Source of the DNA: Longimicrobiales bacterium
Lineage (GTDB): Bacteria > Gemmatimonadota > Gemmatimonadetes > Longimicrobiales > Gaopeijiaceae
Direction of reading: 5' to 3'
Length of the DNA stretch: 64,000 nucleotides
Assembly (NCBI GenBank): GCA_965116905.1
Contig: OZ220732.1
Span: 1,248,001-1,312,000 of the forward strand
This document shows, piece by piece, positions 18,978-28,740 of this stretch (position 1 is its first letter; each line of letters begins with the position of its first letter). Position numbers and translations under genes: made by a program. Below the pieces are notes generated by a model. It was not told the origin of the DNA. It did no database searches and saw nothing but the letters and a program-made list of their open reading frames with translations.

Positions 18978-21174
18978 CTGTGCCGGAGCCCCCGCCGGCC
19001 GTCAGCACCACCCGCGCGTCGACCGGGACCACGCGGTCTTCGTAGACAAAGAGCGGGTTGACCTCGACCTCGGCGATGTCCTCCCATGTGAGGAGGCATT
19101 GGGCGACCGCGCTCGCCGCGGCCACGACGGGTCCTGTGCGGATGGCGGGCCGGCCTCGCGTGCCGTCGAGCAGGGCCCGGGCCTTCAGCTCCGAGAGCAT
19201 CGACTCGATCTCGGCGTCGCTCACGGGCAGCACCCGGTGCGCGACATCGCGAATCACCTCGACCCAGATGCCGCCGGCACCGATGGTGAGGACCGGTCCC
19301 AGCTGGGAGTCCCGACAGGCTCCGATCAGGAATTCGGCGACGGGTCTGGACAGCATGGGCGACGCCAGCGCCGCGTACGGCTCCGCGGGAAGGTCGTGAG
19401 CGAGCGCGTGCCTGCGGGCACCGGCCACGATGCTCTCGAAGGCGGCGCGGGCCTCGTCCGGGGTGGTGATGCCGAGGACCACGCCCCCCGCGTCCGACTT
19501 GTGGGTGATGTGCCCGGAAAGGAGCTTGAGCGCGACGCCCTGGGGGGGTCGAACCGCCTTTTCGGCAGCCTCCTCTCCGGTCCTGATGATCTCGGCCGGT
19601 TCGAACGCGAGCCCGGATTCGCCGAGGATCGCCCGGGCCTCGAGTTCGGTCAGGTTGCTCCGTCCGTCTGAGCGCGCGGCGATGATTGAATGATGACGGC
19701 TCGGTGCTATGAATAGGGATTTGGCAGCCGCTGGCTGCGAGTCTGCGAACGAATTCGCGGCGTCCTGGCGGGAGTCGCGGTGCGTCAGCCTGTTGCTCCG
19801 GCGCTGCAACTCCGCAACCGCGCGGCAGGCAACCTCCAGGGACTCGATCACCGGCACGCCGGCCCGGCGCAGCGCGTCCAGCGGCGCGCTTTCCATGGCG
19901 GTATAGAGCGACTGCACGACCAGCCCCTTGCCCGCGGCGCGCATCGTCGCCGCCATGTCGTCCGCCGCCGCGGTCTCGACCCCGGCAAGCCGTTCGGAAA
20001 AGCGGATGCCGTAGCCGCCGAACAGGCCCACAACCAGCACGGCGCCGACCGCCGGGTCGGCGGCGAGCGCTTTCAGTGAGCGCGGGAAGGCTCCGGGATC
20101 CGAGTCCGCCGCACCCGCGACGTCGACCGGATTCCGCACGGCCGCGGCCGGTCCGAGGCGGGTTCTCAGGGCGGACATGGTCGCCTCGCCGAGTTCGGCC
20201 AAAGGCGCTCCCATCTCGCCGAGGAAGTCGACGGCGAGTGTGTTCTGTCCGCCGCCATCGGAGAGGATGGCGATCCCGCCGCCTGCCGGACCGGGCACCT
20301 GGGAAACCAGCGTCTCGGCGATATGGGACAGCTCATCGGTGCGCACGACCTCGACCACTCCGACCTGCGCGAGGCCGGCGCGGAGGCGGTCGTAGGGCCC
20401 GGCTACGGCGCCGGTGTGGGAGGTCGCCGCCTCGGCGCCGCGGGCGGTGCGCCCCGACTTGACCACGACCACCGGCTTGTGGCGCGTCACCGCCCTGGCC
20501 GCACGCAACAGGGCGCGGCCGTCCTTGCACCCTTCGACGTGCGCGATTATGCCGGCTGTCCCATCATGCCCGCCAAGGAACTCGAGCACCTCGCCGAAAC
20601 CGACATCGACCTCGTTCCCGAGCCCGCAGCAGATGGAGATGCCGAGCGCTGTGCGCCGCGTGATCTCGTTCATGAGGCCCAGCGCGATGTTCCCCGATTG
20701 AACGAGCAGGGCGATGCCCCCCGGCCGCACGCCCCGCGCGCCGATCAGGTTGACGCCGCGGAGCAGGTTGAGGAGTCCCGAGGTATTGGGCCCCACCACG
20801 CGGACGCCGCTGTCGCGCCCCGCCGCCGCCAGTTCGGCCTCCAGGCGCGCGCCCTCCGGGCCCGACTCGCCGAACCCCACGGCCAGCACGACCGCGCCGC
20901 CGACCCCCCTGTCGCCGCATGCACGAACCAGTCCGGGCGCGGTCGCCGCCGGCGTGCACAGCACCGCGAGGTCGACCGCCTCCGGAAGTTCGTCCAGGGA
21001 GCGCAGCAGCGTGTGTCCCAGCAGCGTTCCGCCCGCGGGGTTGACCGCATGGACCTGGCCCTCGTAGCCGGATTCACCGAGCGCGCGGAGGATCTGGTGC
21101 CCGCGCTTCCCCGGATCGGTGCTGGCACCCACGACCACGATCGAGCGCGGCTCGAAGATGCGCGCGAGCGTCAT
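18952..21174 (-). CDS. Acetate--CoA ligase (ADP-forming) family protein
   Basis: PRSIVVVGAS, RVVGPNTSG, QSGN, SHTGAVAG, NPVDVAG, HKSDAGGV, EVEVNPL..VDARV. Confidence 0.92.
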   Translation of the reverse strand: MTLARIFEPRSIVVVGASTDPGKRGHQILRALGESGYEGQVHAVNPAGGTLLGHTLLRSLDELPEAVDLAVLCTPAATAPGLVRACGDRGVGGAVVLAVGFGESGPEGARLEAELAAAGRDSGVRVVGPNTSGLLNLLRGVNLIGARGVRPGGIALLVQSGNIALGLMNEITRRTALGISICCGLGNEVDVGFGEVLEFLGGHDGTAGIIAHVEGCKDGRALLRAARAVTRHKPVVVVKSGRTARGAEAATSHTGAVAGPYDRLRAGLAQVGVVEVVRTDELSHIAETLVSQVPGPAGGGIAILSDGGGQNTLAVDFLGEMGAPLAELGEATMSALRTRLGPAAAVRNPVDVAGAADSDPGAFPRSLKALAADPAVGAVLVVGLFGGYGIRFSERLAGVETAAADDMAATMRAAGKGLVVQSLYTAMESAPLDALRRAGVPVIESLEVACRAVAELQRRSNRLTHRDSRQDAANSFADSQPAAAKSLFIAPSRHHSIIAARSDGRSNLTELEARAILGESGLAFEPAEIIRTGEEAAEKAVRPPQGVALKLLSGHITHKSDAGGVVLGITTPDEARAAFESIVAGARRHALAHDLPAEPYAALASPMLSRPVAEFLIGACRDSQLGPVLTIGAGGIWVEVIRDVAHRVLPVSDAEIESMLSELKARALLDGTRGRPAIRTGPVVAAASAVAQCLLTWEDIAEVEVNPLFVYEDRVVPVDARVVLTAGGGSGTATRTAAPP

Positions 21175-21220
21175 TCGAGAACGCGGGCGAGCGTCATTCG
21201 ACGATGCGGGCGAGCGTCAT
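21152..21220 (-). repeat. Three tandem 23-bp copies of the gene start, forming mini-ORFs MTLARIVE* and MTLARVLE*
   Basis: ATGACGCTCGC(C/G)CGC..TCGA x3; ATGs at 21220, 21197 and 21174, each in an ATGA overlap. Confidence 0.9.
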
Positions 21221-22023
21221 TTTCCCACGAAGTCGGGCCTTCGGCCGGCATGGAACGCGGCCAGCCCCTCGGCCCAGTCCTCGGTGTCGAAGATGACTTC
21301 GAGGACTTCGCGTTCGCGCCTGAGCGCCTCTTCGCGCGAGATCTCCGGCGCGGTGCCCATCAGCTGCTTCGCGGCGGCCAGGGGGATCGGAGCCCGCCGC
21401 GCGAGCCGCTCTGCCCATTGCGTGGCCACGGCCAGCACGTCCGCTGCGGGAACGGCGCGGTTCACGACGCCCATCGCGGCCGCCTCGGCACCCGAGAAGA
21501 AGTCGCCCATGTAGATGAGTTCACGGGCCTTGAGCACACCCACCCGCTGGGCCAGGGTATACACCGCGCCGCCGCCCACGAAGGTGCCGAGCGCGACTTC
21601 GGGGAGCCGCAGTCTGGCCTCGTCGGCCACGACGGCGAGGTCCGCGGAGAGCGCGATCTCGAGCCCCGCACCGATCGCGTGCCCGTTCACGGCCGCGACG
21701 ACCGGGGTGCCGATCGTCTGGATCAGGTGGTTCGCGTGCTGTCCGGCCCGGATGTAGCGCGCCCGTTCTTCCGGGGAAGGCGGCGTGTCGCGATGCTCCT
21801 TGAGGTCGGCGCCGGCCGAGAACGCGCGACCGGTCCCGGTGAGGATCACGCAGCGCACCTCGGGGTCGGCCGCGGCGGATTCCAGTCCCGCGATCAGCTG
21901 CTCGTAGAGCGGCATGCTCACCGCGTTGAGGCGGTGGGGGCGGTTGAGCGTGAGGGTGAGAAGGCGTCCGTCACGGGTCGCGATGACTTCGCGATCCCGG
22001 TGTCCGCCGCCGCTACCCGGCAT
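21217..22023 (-). CDS. Enoyl-CoA hydratase/isomerase
   Basis: LTLNRPHRLNA, FSAGADL, VNGHAIGAGLEIAL, LPEVALG. Confidence 0.93.
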   Translation of the reverse strand: MPGSGGGHRDREVIATRDGRLLTLTLNRPHRLNAVSMPLYEQLIAGLESAAADPEVRCVILTGTGRAFSAGADLKEHRDTPPSPEERARYIRAGQHANHLIQTIGTPVVAAVNGHAIGAGLEIALSADLAVVADEARLRLPEVALGTFVGGGAVYTLAQRVGVLKARELIYMGDFFSGAEAAAMGVVNRAVPAADVLAVATQWAERLARRAPIPLAAAKQLMGTAPEISREEALRREREVLEVIFDTEDWAEGLAAFHAGRRPDFVGK

Positions 22024-23650
22024 CGAACGGCCTGCCGCCCCGCACCAGAGCGCGTCCCGGAAGCGCCATGGTGGCCTCGCCGTCCCGGACGGCGAAGGTC
22101 CCGTTGACGAGCACGTGGACGGTCCCGCGGGAGTACTGGTGGGGGTTCTCGTACGTCGCCATGTCGTCGACGGCGTTCAGGTCCAGCACCGTGATGTCGG
22201 CTGCGTATCCCTCGCGCAGATAGCCGCGGTCGGTCCAGCCGAGAAAGTCCGCCGCGAGGCCCGTCATCGAGCGGATCGTGTGGGGCAGCGTGATCAGGCT
22301 TTCGTCCAGCACGAGGTCGCGGATCTTCTTCGTGAATGATCCGAACGCGCGGGGATGCGTGACCGGACGGGTCGGGCCCGGGTCGCGTCCGTCCGTGCAC
22401 GTCATCATCCAGTCGAGTTGGGCCAGGTAGCGCACGTTCTCGATGTCGTACAGTCCGAGATTCATGACGGCGGCGTTCCCGTCGCGCAGGATGTGCCGCG
22501 CCGCGGCGGGCGCGTCCATCGCCAGTTCGTCCGCGACCTCCTGCAGGGTCTTCCCGTTCAGATCGGGGCGCTGGTCGGCGAAGAGGAGCCGCTCGGCGCC
22601 ACCGCGAATCGCAAGCATCTCGCGGGTTTGCCGGTCGATGACGGCAACCGTGTCGGGATCTTCGAACCGCCGCACCATGGCCGTATCGCCGCCCACGGCT
22701 GCCCAGCCCGGGATCGTGTAGGAGCGCAGGTTGGACTGCGTGGCGGTGTACGAGTGGTGGGCACCCGCGACCTCGACGCCCCGCGCGCGTGCAGCCTCAA
22801 TGAGCGCGGCGCCCTCGGGGGCCCGGCCGTAGTTGTGCGCGCCCTGCGCGTTGAAGTGGCTGAAGATGACCTTCGTGCCCGCCTCTTCACCGATGCGGAT
22901 CCCCTCCTCGATCGACGCGAGGTAGCCGAAGGAAGGATACGCCGCGCCGAGGTCCCGGTCGTGCGTGTCGTAGATGGCGCCGTCGTATTCGGCGGCGACC
23001 CGGTTCAGCTCGATCACCTCTTGCGTTTCGGCGTAGTTCCCCGGCAGGTAGAAGAGTCCCGTGGAGAGGCCAAGGGCGCCTTCGTCCATTCCCTGGCGAA
23101 CCAGGTCGCGCATCTCGTCCAGCTCCCCGGCCGAGGGCTCCCGGTCTGCCATCCCCATCACCCACGCCCGCACCGAGTTGTGCCCTACGAAAAGGAACGC
23201 GTTCACGCCGATCCCGTCTTCCTCCCAGGCGGCCAGCCGTGCGGCAACCTCCGCACTGCCACCTCCGTCCATCCCCAGAGCCACGCTGGTGATCCCCTGA
23301 TGGAGAAACGCCCGCGCGTCGCGTCCGTGATCGCTGTCCAGCTCGGCATGGGAGTGCATGTCGATGAATCCGGGGGTCACGACCAGACCGGTGACGTCGA
23401 GCGTGTCCGTAGCCGGCGGCCCATCCACGCTCGCGTCGCCCAGGAACACGATGCGGTCGCCCGACACCGCGATGTCCGCGTTCACGGCATCGCTGCCGGT
23501 CCCGTCCAACACGGAGCCACCCGTCAGGAGCAGGTCGGCGGGCGGTTCGTCGGGCGTGCACGCGGCGAGCGCGGCCAGGAGCATGGAGAGCAGCGCTCCA
23601 CCCTGCAGGAAGCTCCCGCGCGCCCTCCGCCAGGGCTTCAGTTTCTTCAA
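22013..23650 (-). CDS. N-acyl-D-amino-acid deacylase family amidohydrolase (lipoprotein)
   Basis: Lipobox LAAC, PGFIDMHSH, GLSTGLFY, HPRAFGSF, RGYLREGYAADITV. Start TTG 23650 or ATG 23584. Confidence 0.85.
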   Translation of the reverse strand: MKKLKPWRRARGSFLQGGALLSMLLAALAACTPDEPPADLLLTGGSVLDGTGSDAVNADIAVSGDRIVFLGDASVDGPPATDTLDVTGLVVTPGFIDMHSHAELDSDHGRDARAFLHQGITSVALGMDGGGSAEVAARLAAWEEDGIGVNAFLFVGHNSVRAWVMGMADREPSAGELDEMRDLVRQGMDEGALGLSTGLFYLPGNYAETQEVIELNRVAAEYDGAIYDTHDRDLGAAYPSFGYLASIEEGIRIGEEAGTKVIFSHFNAQGAHNYGRAPEGAALIEAARARGVEVAGAHHSYTATQSNLRSYTIPGWAAVGGDTAMVRRFEDPDTVAVIDRQTREMLAIRGGAERLLFADQRPDLNGKTLQEVADELAMDAPAAARHILRDGNAAVMNLGLYDIENVRYLAQLDWMMTCTDGRDPGPTRPVTHPRAFGSFTKKIRDLVLDESLITLPHTIRSMTGLAADFLGWTDRGYLREGYAADITVLDLNAVDDMATYENPHQYSRGTVHVLVNGTFAVRDGEATMALPGRALVRGGRPFDAG

Positions 23651-24936
23651 TTTCCCCCCGTGCGCCGAACGAAAAGGACGCCCTCGTCCATCGAGGTGAC
23701 GGCGATCAGGCCGCTGGCGAAGAACGGGTAGTTCGACCACGACCCGGTCGTGCCCGCCACATCGCCGCCGTTGGGTTCGGTGTCGAAGAACGCGATCTCC
23801 CGGGGGTTCTCGCGGTCGGAGATATCCAGCACCCGGAGGCCAACCCTGTAGTTGGACTGGTACATCAGGTCGCCGACGATGTACAGGTTGTGATCCGTAG
23901 CCTGGGTTTCGCTCAGGAACTCCTTCACGATGATGGGATCGTCGAGATCCTGCACGTCCCAGACGAGCGTCCGGGTTGCACCCTGCGATGCGAACTCGTC
24001 GAACTCGTCGTTCATGTAGAAGTACTCGTGAGCGTCATCGATCCATCCCTGGTGGGAATAAGCTGCCGCGGGATAGGACACCGACGCCAGCGCGATGGGT
24101 TCCTGCTTGTCCGTCACGTCGGCAATGCTGAGGCCCGTCTCATTCGACCCGAAGCAGACCTCGCGCCCGCGATGCTCGGTGTCGGGACCGCGGTACACGA
24201 TGCACATCGCGTCATGCGTATAGCCGGTCCCCCGGATGCCCGTAGTGGTGTCCGCAAAACACCCTGCGAATTGCGGGTCGGTGGGCACGCGGATGTCGAT
24301 CATGTGCAGGCCGCCCCCGCATGTGTCCCCGCCGCCATTGCCCCCGACGGAGTAGGCGAACCCGGTCTCCTCGTTGATCACGATGTTGTGGGCGCTGTGG
24401 ATCCTGTCATACGTCGTGGTGGCCGTAAAGGTCACGGGCGGTTCGGTGACCGAGCGCAGTTCGGTCAGATCGAAGACCTGCATCCCGTGCGCGCCCGCGC
24501 CGTCGGCGACGATGAAGGCGTGGTCCCGGTACACCTTGATGTCTCGCCAGGTGTTCCTGGTCGCACCTGCCGTCAGGGGCAGAACGCCGGTGTGGACCGG
24601 GAACTGCGGGTCCTTCAGATTGACGAACGAGGTGCCGCCCGAGTGGCCGACCAGTGCCCACTCCGTGCGCGTGACGGGGTCCTGCCAGCCCCAGATGTCG
24701 TTGACGAGGCCTTCCTGCGCGTCAATCTGGTCCTTCCGGAGCCGCGACACGAGGTCGATTCGCGAACAGGGATAGTCGCGCGCCTTGCCGTCAGCACACC
24801 GCGCTCCGCTGCCGGGTGGCGTCACCGTTGTCGTGTCGACGGGCGGTGGCCTGATGGTGCCGGAATCGTCGTCGGAACATGATGCGGCAACGCACACACC
24901 GATCACAATCAACGGAACGACACGGGCAAGTCTCAT
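23647..24936 (-). CDS. Choice-of-anchor B / LVIVD-repeat lipoprotein
   Basis: YPCSRIDL, NDIWGW, WRDIKVY, AHNIVINE, YTHDAMC, YSHQGW, DHNLY, GSWSNYPFF. Confidence 0.85.
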   Translation of the reverse strand: MRLARVVPLIVIGVCVAASCSDDDSGTIRPPPVDTTTVTPPGSGARCADGKARDYPCSRIDLVSRLRKDQIDAQEGLVNDIWGWQDPVTRTEWALVGHSGGTSFVNLKDPQFPVHTGVLPLTAGATRNTWRDIKVYRDHAFIVADGAGAHGMQVFDLTELRSVTEPPVTFTATTTYDRIHSAHNIVINEETGFAYSVGGNGGGDTCGGGLHMIDIRVPTDPQFAGCFADTTTGIRGTGYTHDAMCIVYRGPDTEHRGREVCFGSNETGLSIADVTDKQEPIALASVSYPAAAYSHQGWIDDAHEYFYMNDEFDEFASQGATRTLVWDVQDLDDPIIVKEFLSETQATDHNLYIVGDLMYQSNYRVGLRVLDISDRENPREIAFFDTEPNGGDVAGTTGSWSNYPFFASGLIAVTSMDEGVLFVRRTGGN

Positions 24937-25032
24937 GTTGAAAAGTGTCAAGCGCCGCAAGTGCGCGCAACGCGCCGTGGCTTCGCCCCGAGATCGGCGG
25001 GGGGCAACTGGGGCATCCGGCCTGCGTGGGAA

Positions 25033-25653
25033 CTAGCGGGGTCGCAAGTCCACGACCAGACGCGGCTCGCCCAGCGTTTCCATGATCCGGTATTCCACCT
25101 CGCCGGCCGTGCCCAGAACCCACCGTACTCTGTCGCCTTCGTCGCAGGTCTGCATCGCCGCCGTGAGCACGGGGGAATCCAGGGTGCGGCTCTGGTCCGT
25201 CACGGTGGCGCCGCCGTCCCGATTGGCGCGGGCGCCCATGAGCTCAACGGCCAGGTGGGCAGGAGCCTCGATGGCTTCGCCGGTGCCGTCGCAGCCGCCG
25301 CCCGCCTCGGTCCCCAGGGCCAGCCGGAATCCGGGTATATGCGACTCGAAGGCAAAGATCACGCGATCGTAGCCGTCCGAACTCTGAGTGCTCACGTTCG
25401 TCAGCGTCGCGGGTTCCCGGTCGGCGCTGGCGTCCTTCGAAACGGTGTTGCGTCCCCACGGGGTGTTGAGGCCGACCTGAGACGGGTCGAGATCGCCGTA
25501 ATCGGCCTCGGTCAGTTCGTCACGGGGATTGTCGGTGGAGATGAATGGGTCGGGCGTCGGCGCCTCTTCCGCCCGGTCCCCGCAAGCCGCTGCGAGGAGG
25601 AGAGCTGCGGGCGCCACCAGGCACCACTTGCTGATATTCAGTCGAGTAGACAA
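25033..25653 (-). CDS. Lipoprotein with AMIN-like domain
   Basis: Lipobox LAAAC, GYDRVIFAF, CDEG..WVLG, PRLVVDL; TTG start with AAAGGA RBS. Confidence 0.65.
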   Translation of the reverse strand: MSTRLNISKWCLVAPAALLLAAACGDRAEEAPTPDPFISTDNPRDELTEADYGDLDPSQVGLNTPWGRNTVSKDASADREPATLTNVSTQSSDGYDRVIFAFESHIPGFRLALGTEAGGGCDGTGEAIEAPAHLAVELMGARANRDGGATVTDQSRTLDSPVLTAAMQTCDEGDRVRWVLGTAGEVEYRIMETLGEPRLVVDLRPR

Positions 25654-25742
25654 GGCCGCAGGTCCTTTCTTTCCGATGTTTCGTCCGTGCCGGGCGCCTG
25701 CGCCATCGCGCGCCGCTCGACAACTCATCCTAAAGTAGCAAA

Positions 25743-27005
25743 TCAGCCGAGCAGGACGTTCCGGGCCGTGCGGACGCCCTCGGCGAGCTGCTCCACTTCT
25801 TCGACAGTGTTGTAGAGGTAAAACGATGCCCGCGTGGTTGCCGACACGCGGAAGCGGTCCACTACCAGCTGGGCACAGTGATGACCGGCGCGCACCGCGA
25901 TTCCCTCGGCGTCCAGAATGGTGGCGACGTCCTGCGCGGATGTCCCCTCGATCACGAACGGCACCACTCCGGCCCGCTCCTCCAGGACGCGGGGTCCGAA
26001 GATGCGCAGTCCCTCGACATCGGCCAGGAGTTCCATGGCGCGGCTGGTGAGCGACTGCTCGTGCTCGTGAATGGCAGCGCGGCCCACGCCGTCCAGGTAG
26101 TCGGCGGCGGCGGCCATCCCCACCGCGCCGGCGATGTTGGGCGTGCCCGCCTCGAACTTGTGGGGTACTTCGGCCCACGTGCTGTGATCGCGGTACACGT
26201 GTTCGATCATCTCGCCGCCCCCCTGGTATGGGGGCATCCCTTCGAGGAGCCGCCGCTTGCCCCACAACGCGCCCATCCCCGTCGGGCCGCACATCTTGTG
26301 TCCCGAGAAGGCGTAGAAGTCGCAGCCCAGGGACTGCACGTCGACGGCCAGGTGAGGGGCTCCCTGTGCCCCGTCCAGGACGTAAACGGCATCGCTCCGG
26401 GCGCGCACGAGTCTCCCGATGTCCCGCACGGGGTTGATGGTGCCCAGCGCGTTGGAAACGTGGGGAAGCGCGACGACTCTTGTGCGTGCGCCGAGCATGT
26501 CGCGCAGCTGGTCCAGATCGAGGTGGCCGGCGTCGGTCAGTTCGACGAAACGCAGCGTGGCGCCGTTTCGCTCAGCCAGGAGCTGCCACGGCACCAGGTT
26601 CGAGTGGTGCTCCATGGCCGAGATGATGATCTCGTCGCCGTGCGCCACCCGCGCCTGTCCGATCGAGAATGCGACCAGGTTGAGGGCCTCGCTCGTTCCG
26701 CGCGTCCAGACGATCTCGTGCGCGTCGGCGGCGTTGATCCACCGGGCGATCCGGGTGCGGCTCTCCTCGTATGCCTCGGTCGCCCTGCGGGCCAGTTCGT
26801 GCACGCCGCGATGAACGTTGGCGTGATCCCGCAGGTAGTACGTGCGGATCGCCTCGATGACCTGGAGGGGCTTCTGTGACGACGCCGCGCTGTCCAGGTA
26901 GACGAGGGGCCGTCCGTCGACCACCTGGCCGAGGATCGGAAAGTCCTCACGGATCCTGGCAACGTCGAGTCGCGAACCCGTCACGGTGCTCACGGGCCGG
27001 CTCAT
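25743..27005 (-). CDS. sufS: Cysteine desulfurase SufS
   Basis: LVYLDSAASSQKP, ANVHRGVH, EHHSNLVPW, SGHKMCGPTG, RAGHHCA. Confidence 0.96.
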   Translation of the reverse strand: MSRPVSTVTGSRLDVARIREDFPILGQVVDGRPLVYLDSAASSQKPLQVIEAIRTYYLRDHANVHRGVHELARRATEAYEESRTRIARWINAADAHEIVWTRGTSEALNLVAFSIGQARVAHGDEIIISAMEHHSNLVPWQLLAERNGATLRFVELTDAGHLDLDQLRDMLGARTRVVALPHVSNALGTINPVRDIGRLVRARSDAVYVLDGAQGAPHLAVDVQSLGCDFYAFSGHKMCGPTGMGALWGKRRLLEGMPPYQGGGEMIEHVYRDHSTWAEVPHKFEAGTPNIAGAVGMAAAADYLDGVGRAAIHEHEQSLTSRAMELLADVEGLRIFGPRVLEERAGVVPFVIEGTSAQDVATILDAEGIAVRAGHHCAQLVVDRFRVSATTRASFYLYNTVEEVEQLAEGVRTARNVLLG

Positions 27006-27026
27006 CCGTGCGGAGCGGCGGGACGG

Positions 27027-27365
27027 TCAGTCCAGCCGTATGAAAACCTCGCCACCCTGCACTTCCACTGGAAAGGTCCGCACCGGGGCCACCGCGGGCA
27101 ATTGGGTGGCGCGGCCGGTGCACACGTCGAATCGGGCGCCGTGGAAGGCACACTCCACCTGGCCGTCCTCCAGCTCACCGGCTGACAGCGGATAGTCCTG
27201 GTGGGAGCACCGGTCTTCAAGGGCGTAGATATCGCCGTCCAGATTGACCAGCACGACGGGGCCGACATCGGTGGCGACGGCCCTCAGCGTGTCCGGCGCC
27301 ACCTCGTCGACCGATGCCACGCGCACGCGAGAGGACTGCGGGCTGGCGGCCCGCGATCTAGACAC
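27027..27365 (-). CDS. Rieske-type [2Fe-2S] ferredoxin
   Basis: CSH...VECAFHGARFD; start approximate. Confidence 0.88.
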   Translation of the reverse strand: MSRSRAASPQSSRVRVASVDEVAPDTLRAVATDVGPVVLVNLDGDIYALEDRCSHQDYPLSAGELEDGQVECAFHGARFDVCTGRATQLPAVAPVRTFPVEVQGGEVFIRLD

Positions 27366-28740
27366 CGCGGAGCTTCGCCACAATCGCATTCGTCACCTTC
27401 TCCACAACCCCGCCCATCGGCAGCCGCGCCAGGACCTCGCCCAGGAAGCCCCGTACAACCAGCCGCTCGGCCTGCCCACGGGTCAGCCCGCGGCTCATCA
27501 GGTAGAAGAGCGCCTCTGCATCGAGCTGGCCGACGGTCGCGCCGTGGGAACATCGGACGTCGTCGGCCCCGATTTCCAGATTCGGCAACGACGTCGCGAC
27601 CGCGTCGTCCGAAAGGATCAGGTTCCGGTTGGTCTGGTAGGCGTCGGTGCCCTGAGCCCCCTCGTGGACCCGGATGATGCCGCGAAAGACGCCTCGTGCC
27701 GTGCCGTCGAGGGCACCCTTGTAGAGCAGGTCGCTGTGTGCGTGGGGCGACACGTGATCCTGGCTGGTGTTGAAGTCGAAGTGCTGGTCGCCGTCCCCGA
27801 AATAGAGGCCGAGCATGTCGCTGTGGGCCCCCGGTCCGAGGAGGCGTGCGTTGAGATCGACTCGCCCGACCGAGGCTCCGAGAGCGACGTTGAGCGTATC
27901 GAGCGTCGAGTCCCTCTCGGCGAGCGTACGCTGGTTGGCAAGGTAGAAGCCGCCATGCCCCAGGCGCTGCAGGGAAACGTACTGCACCTGCGCGCCGCCC
28001 TTCGAAAAGACTTCGACCGCGGTGTTCACAAGCGTCGTGCGGTCGAAATCGGGCGAGAGGGTTTCTTCGACGAAGGACAGCCGGCTCGACGCTTCCGCGA
28101 CGATGAGAATGCGGGTGAAGGTGGCGGTGCCCGGTCGCGATACCCAGCGGCTCAGGCGAATGGGTCGCTCCACGTGGACTCCGCGCGGAATCCGCAGGAA
28201 CACCCCGTCGCTCCACAGGGCGGCGTTGAGGGCGGGGAACTTGCCGTCCGACGCCGGGACGGCCTCGGTGGCGAGAAGCCTCCTGACGTCACCGTCACCC
28301 CGGCGGGCCGCATCTCTGAGCGATGCCAGCACGACACCCTGCCGTGCGAGCGAATCGTCCAGCTCCACCGACACCACCCGGCCGTCGACATCCACCACGC
28401 GGCCAGCGCTGTCCCGGTCCTGGTCCATCGCCTGGCGCAAGGCGTCGGGCAGAACGGCGGCACGGGCACCGGCGCCAGCGGCGGCTCCGACACCGGCGCC
28501 GGCACCGAGCCCCAGGTCCCCGGCCGAAACGACCAGGTCGTCCAGTCGCAGAGTGCGCGCAAGGTCCGTGTACCGCCACTCCTCGGAGCGCGTCGAGGGC
28601 ATCGGAGTGGCCTGGCAGGTGTCCCACGCCTCCTCGCGCCGGGCCCTGAGCCACGTCGGGTCCGCGGCTCCGATCCCTGCCACGGCGGCCCGCCCGATAC
28701 CGGGGGCGGTCCGTTGGCGTACCGCAGCGGCCTGGCTCAC
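27358..28740 (-). CDS. sufD: Fe-S cluster assembly protein SufD
   Basis: [45 protein letters not shown]. Confidence 0.93.
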   Translation of the reverse strand: MSQAAAVRQRTAPGIGRAAVAGIGAADPTWLRARREEAWDTCQATPMPSTRSEEWRYTDLARTLRLDDLVVSAGDLGLGAGAGVGAAAGAGARAAVLPDALRQAMDQDRDSAGRVVDVDGRVVSVELDDSLARQGVVLASLRDAARRGDGDVRRLLATEAVPASDGKFPALNAALWSDGVFLRIPRGVHVERPIRLSRWVSRPGTATFTRILIVAEASSRLSFVEETLSPDFDRTTLVNTAVEVFSKGGAQVQYVSLQRLGHGGFYLANQRTLAERDSTLDTLNVALGASVGRVDLNARLLGPGAHSDMLGLYFGDGDQHFDFNTSQDHVSPHAHSDLLYKGALDGTARGVFRGIIRVHEGAQGTDAYQTNRNLILSDDAVATSLPNLEIGADDVRCSHGATVGQLDAEALFYLMSRGLTRGQAERLVVRGFLGEVLARLPMGGVVEKVTNAIVAKLRGV

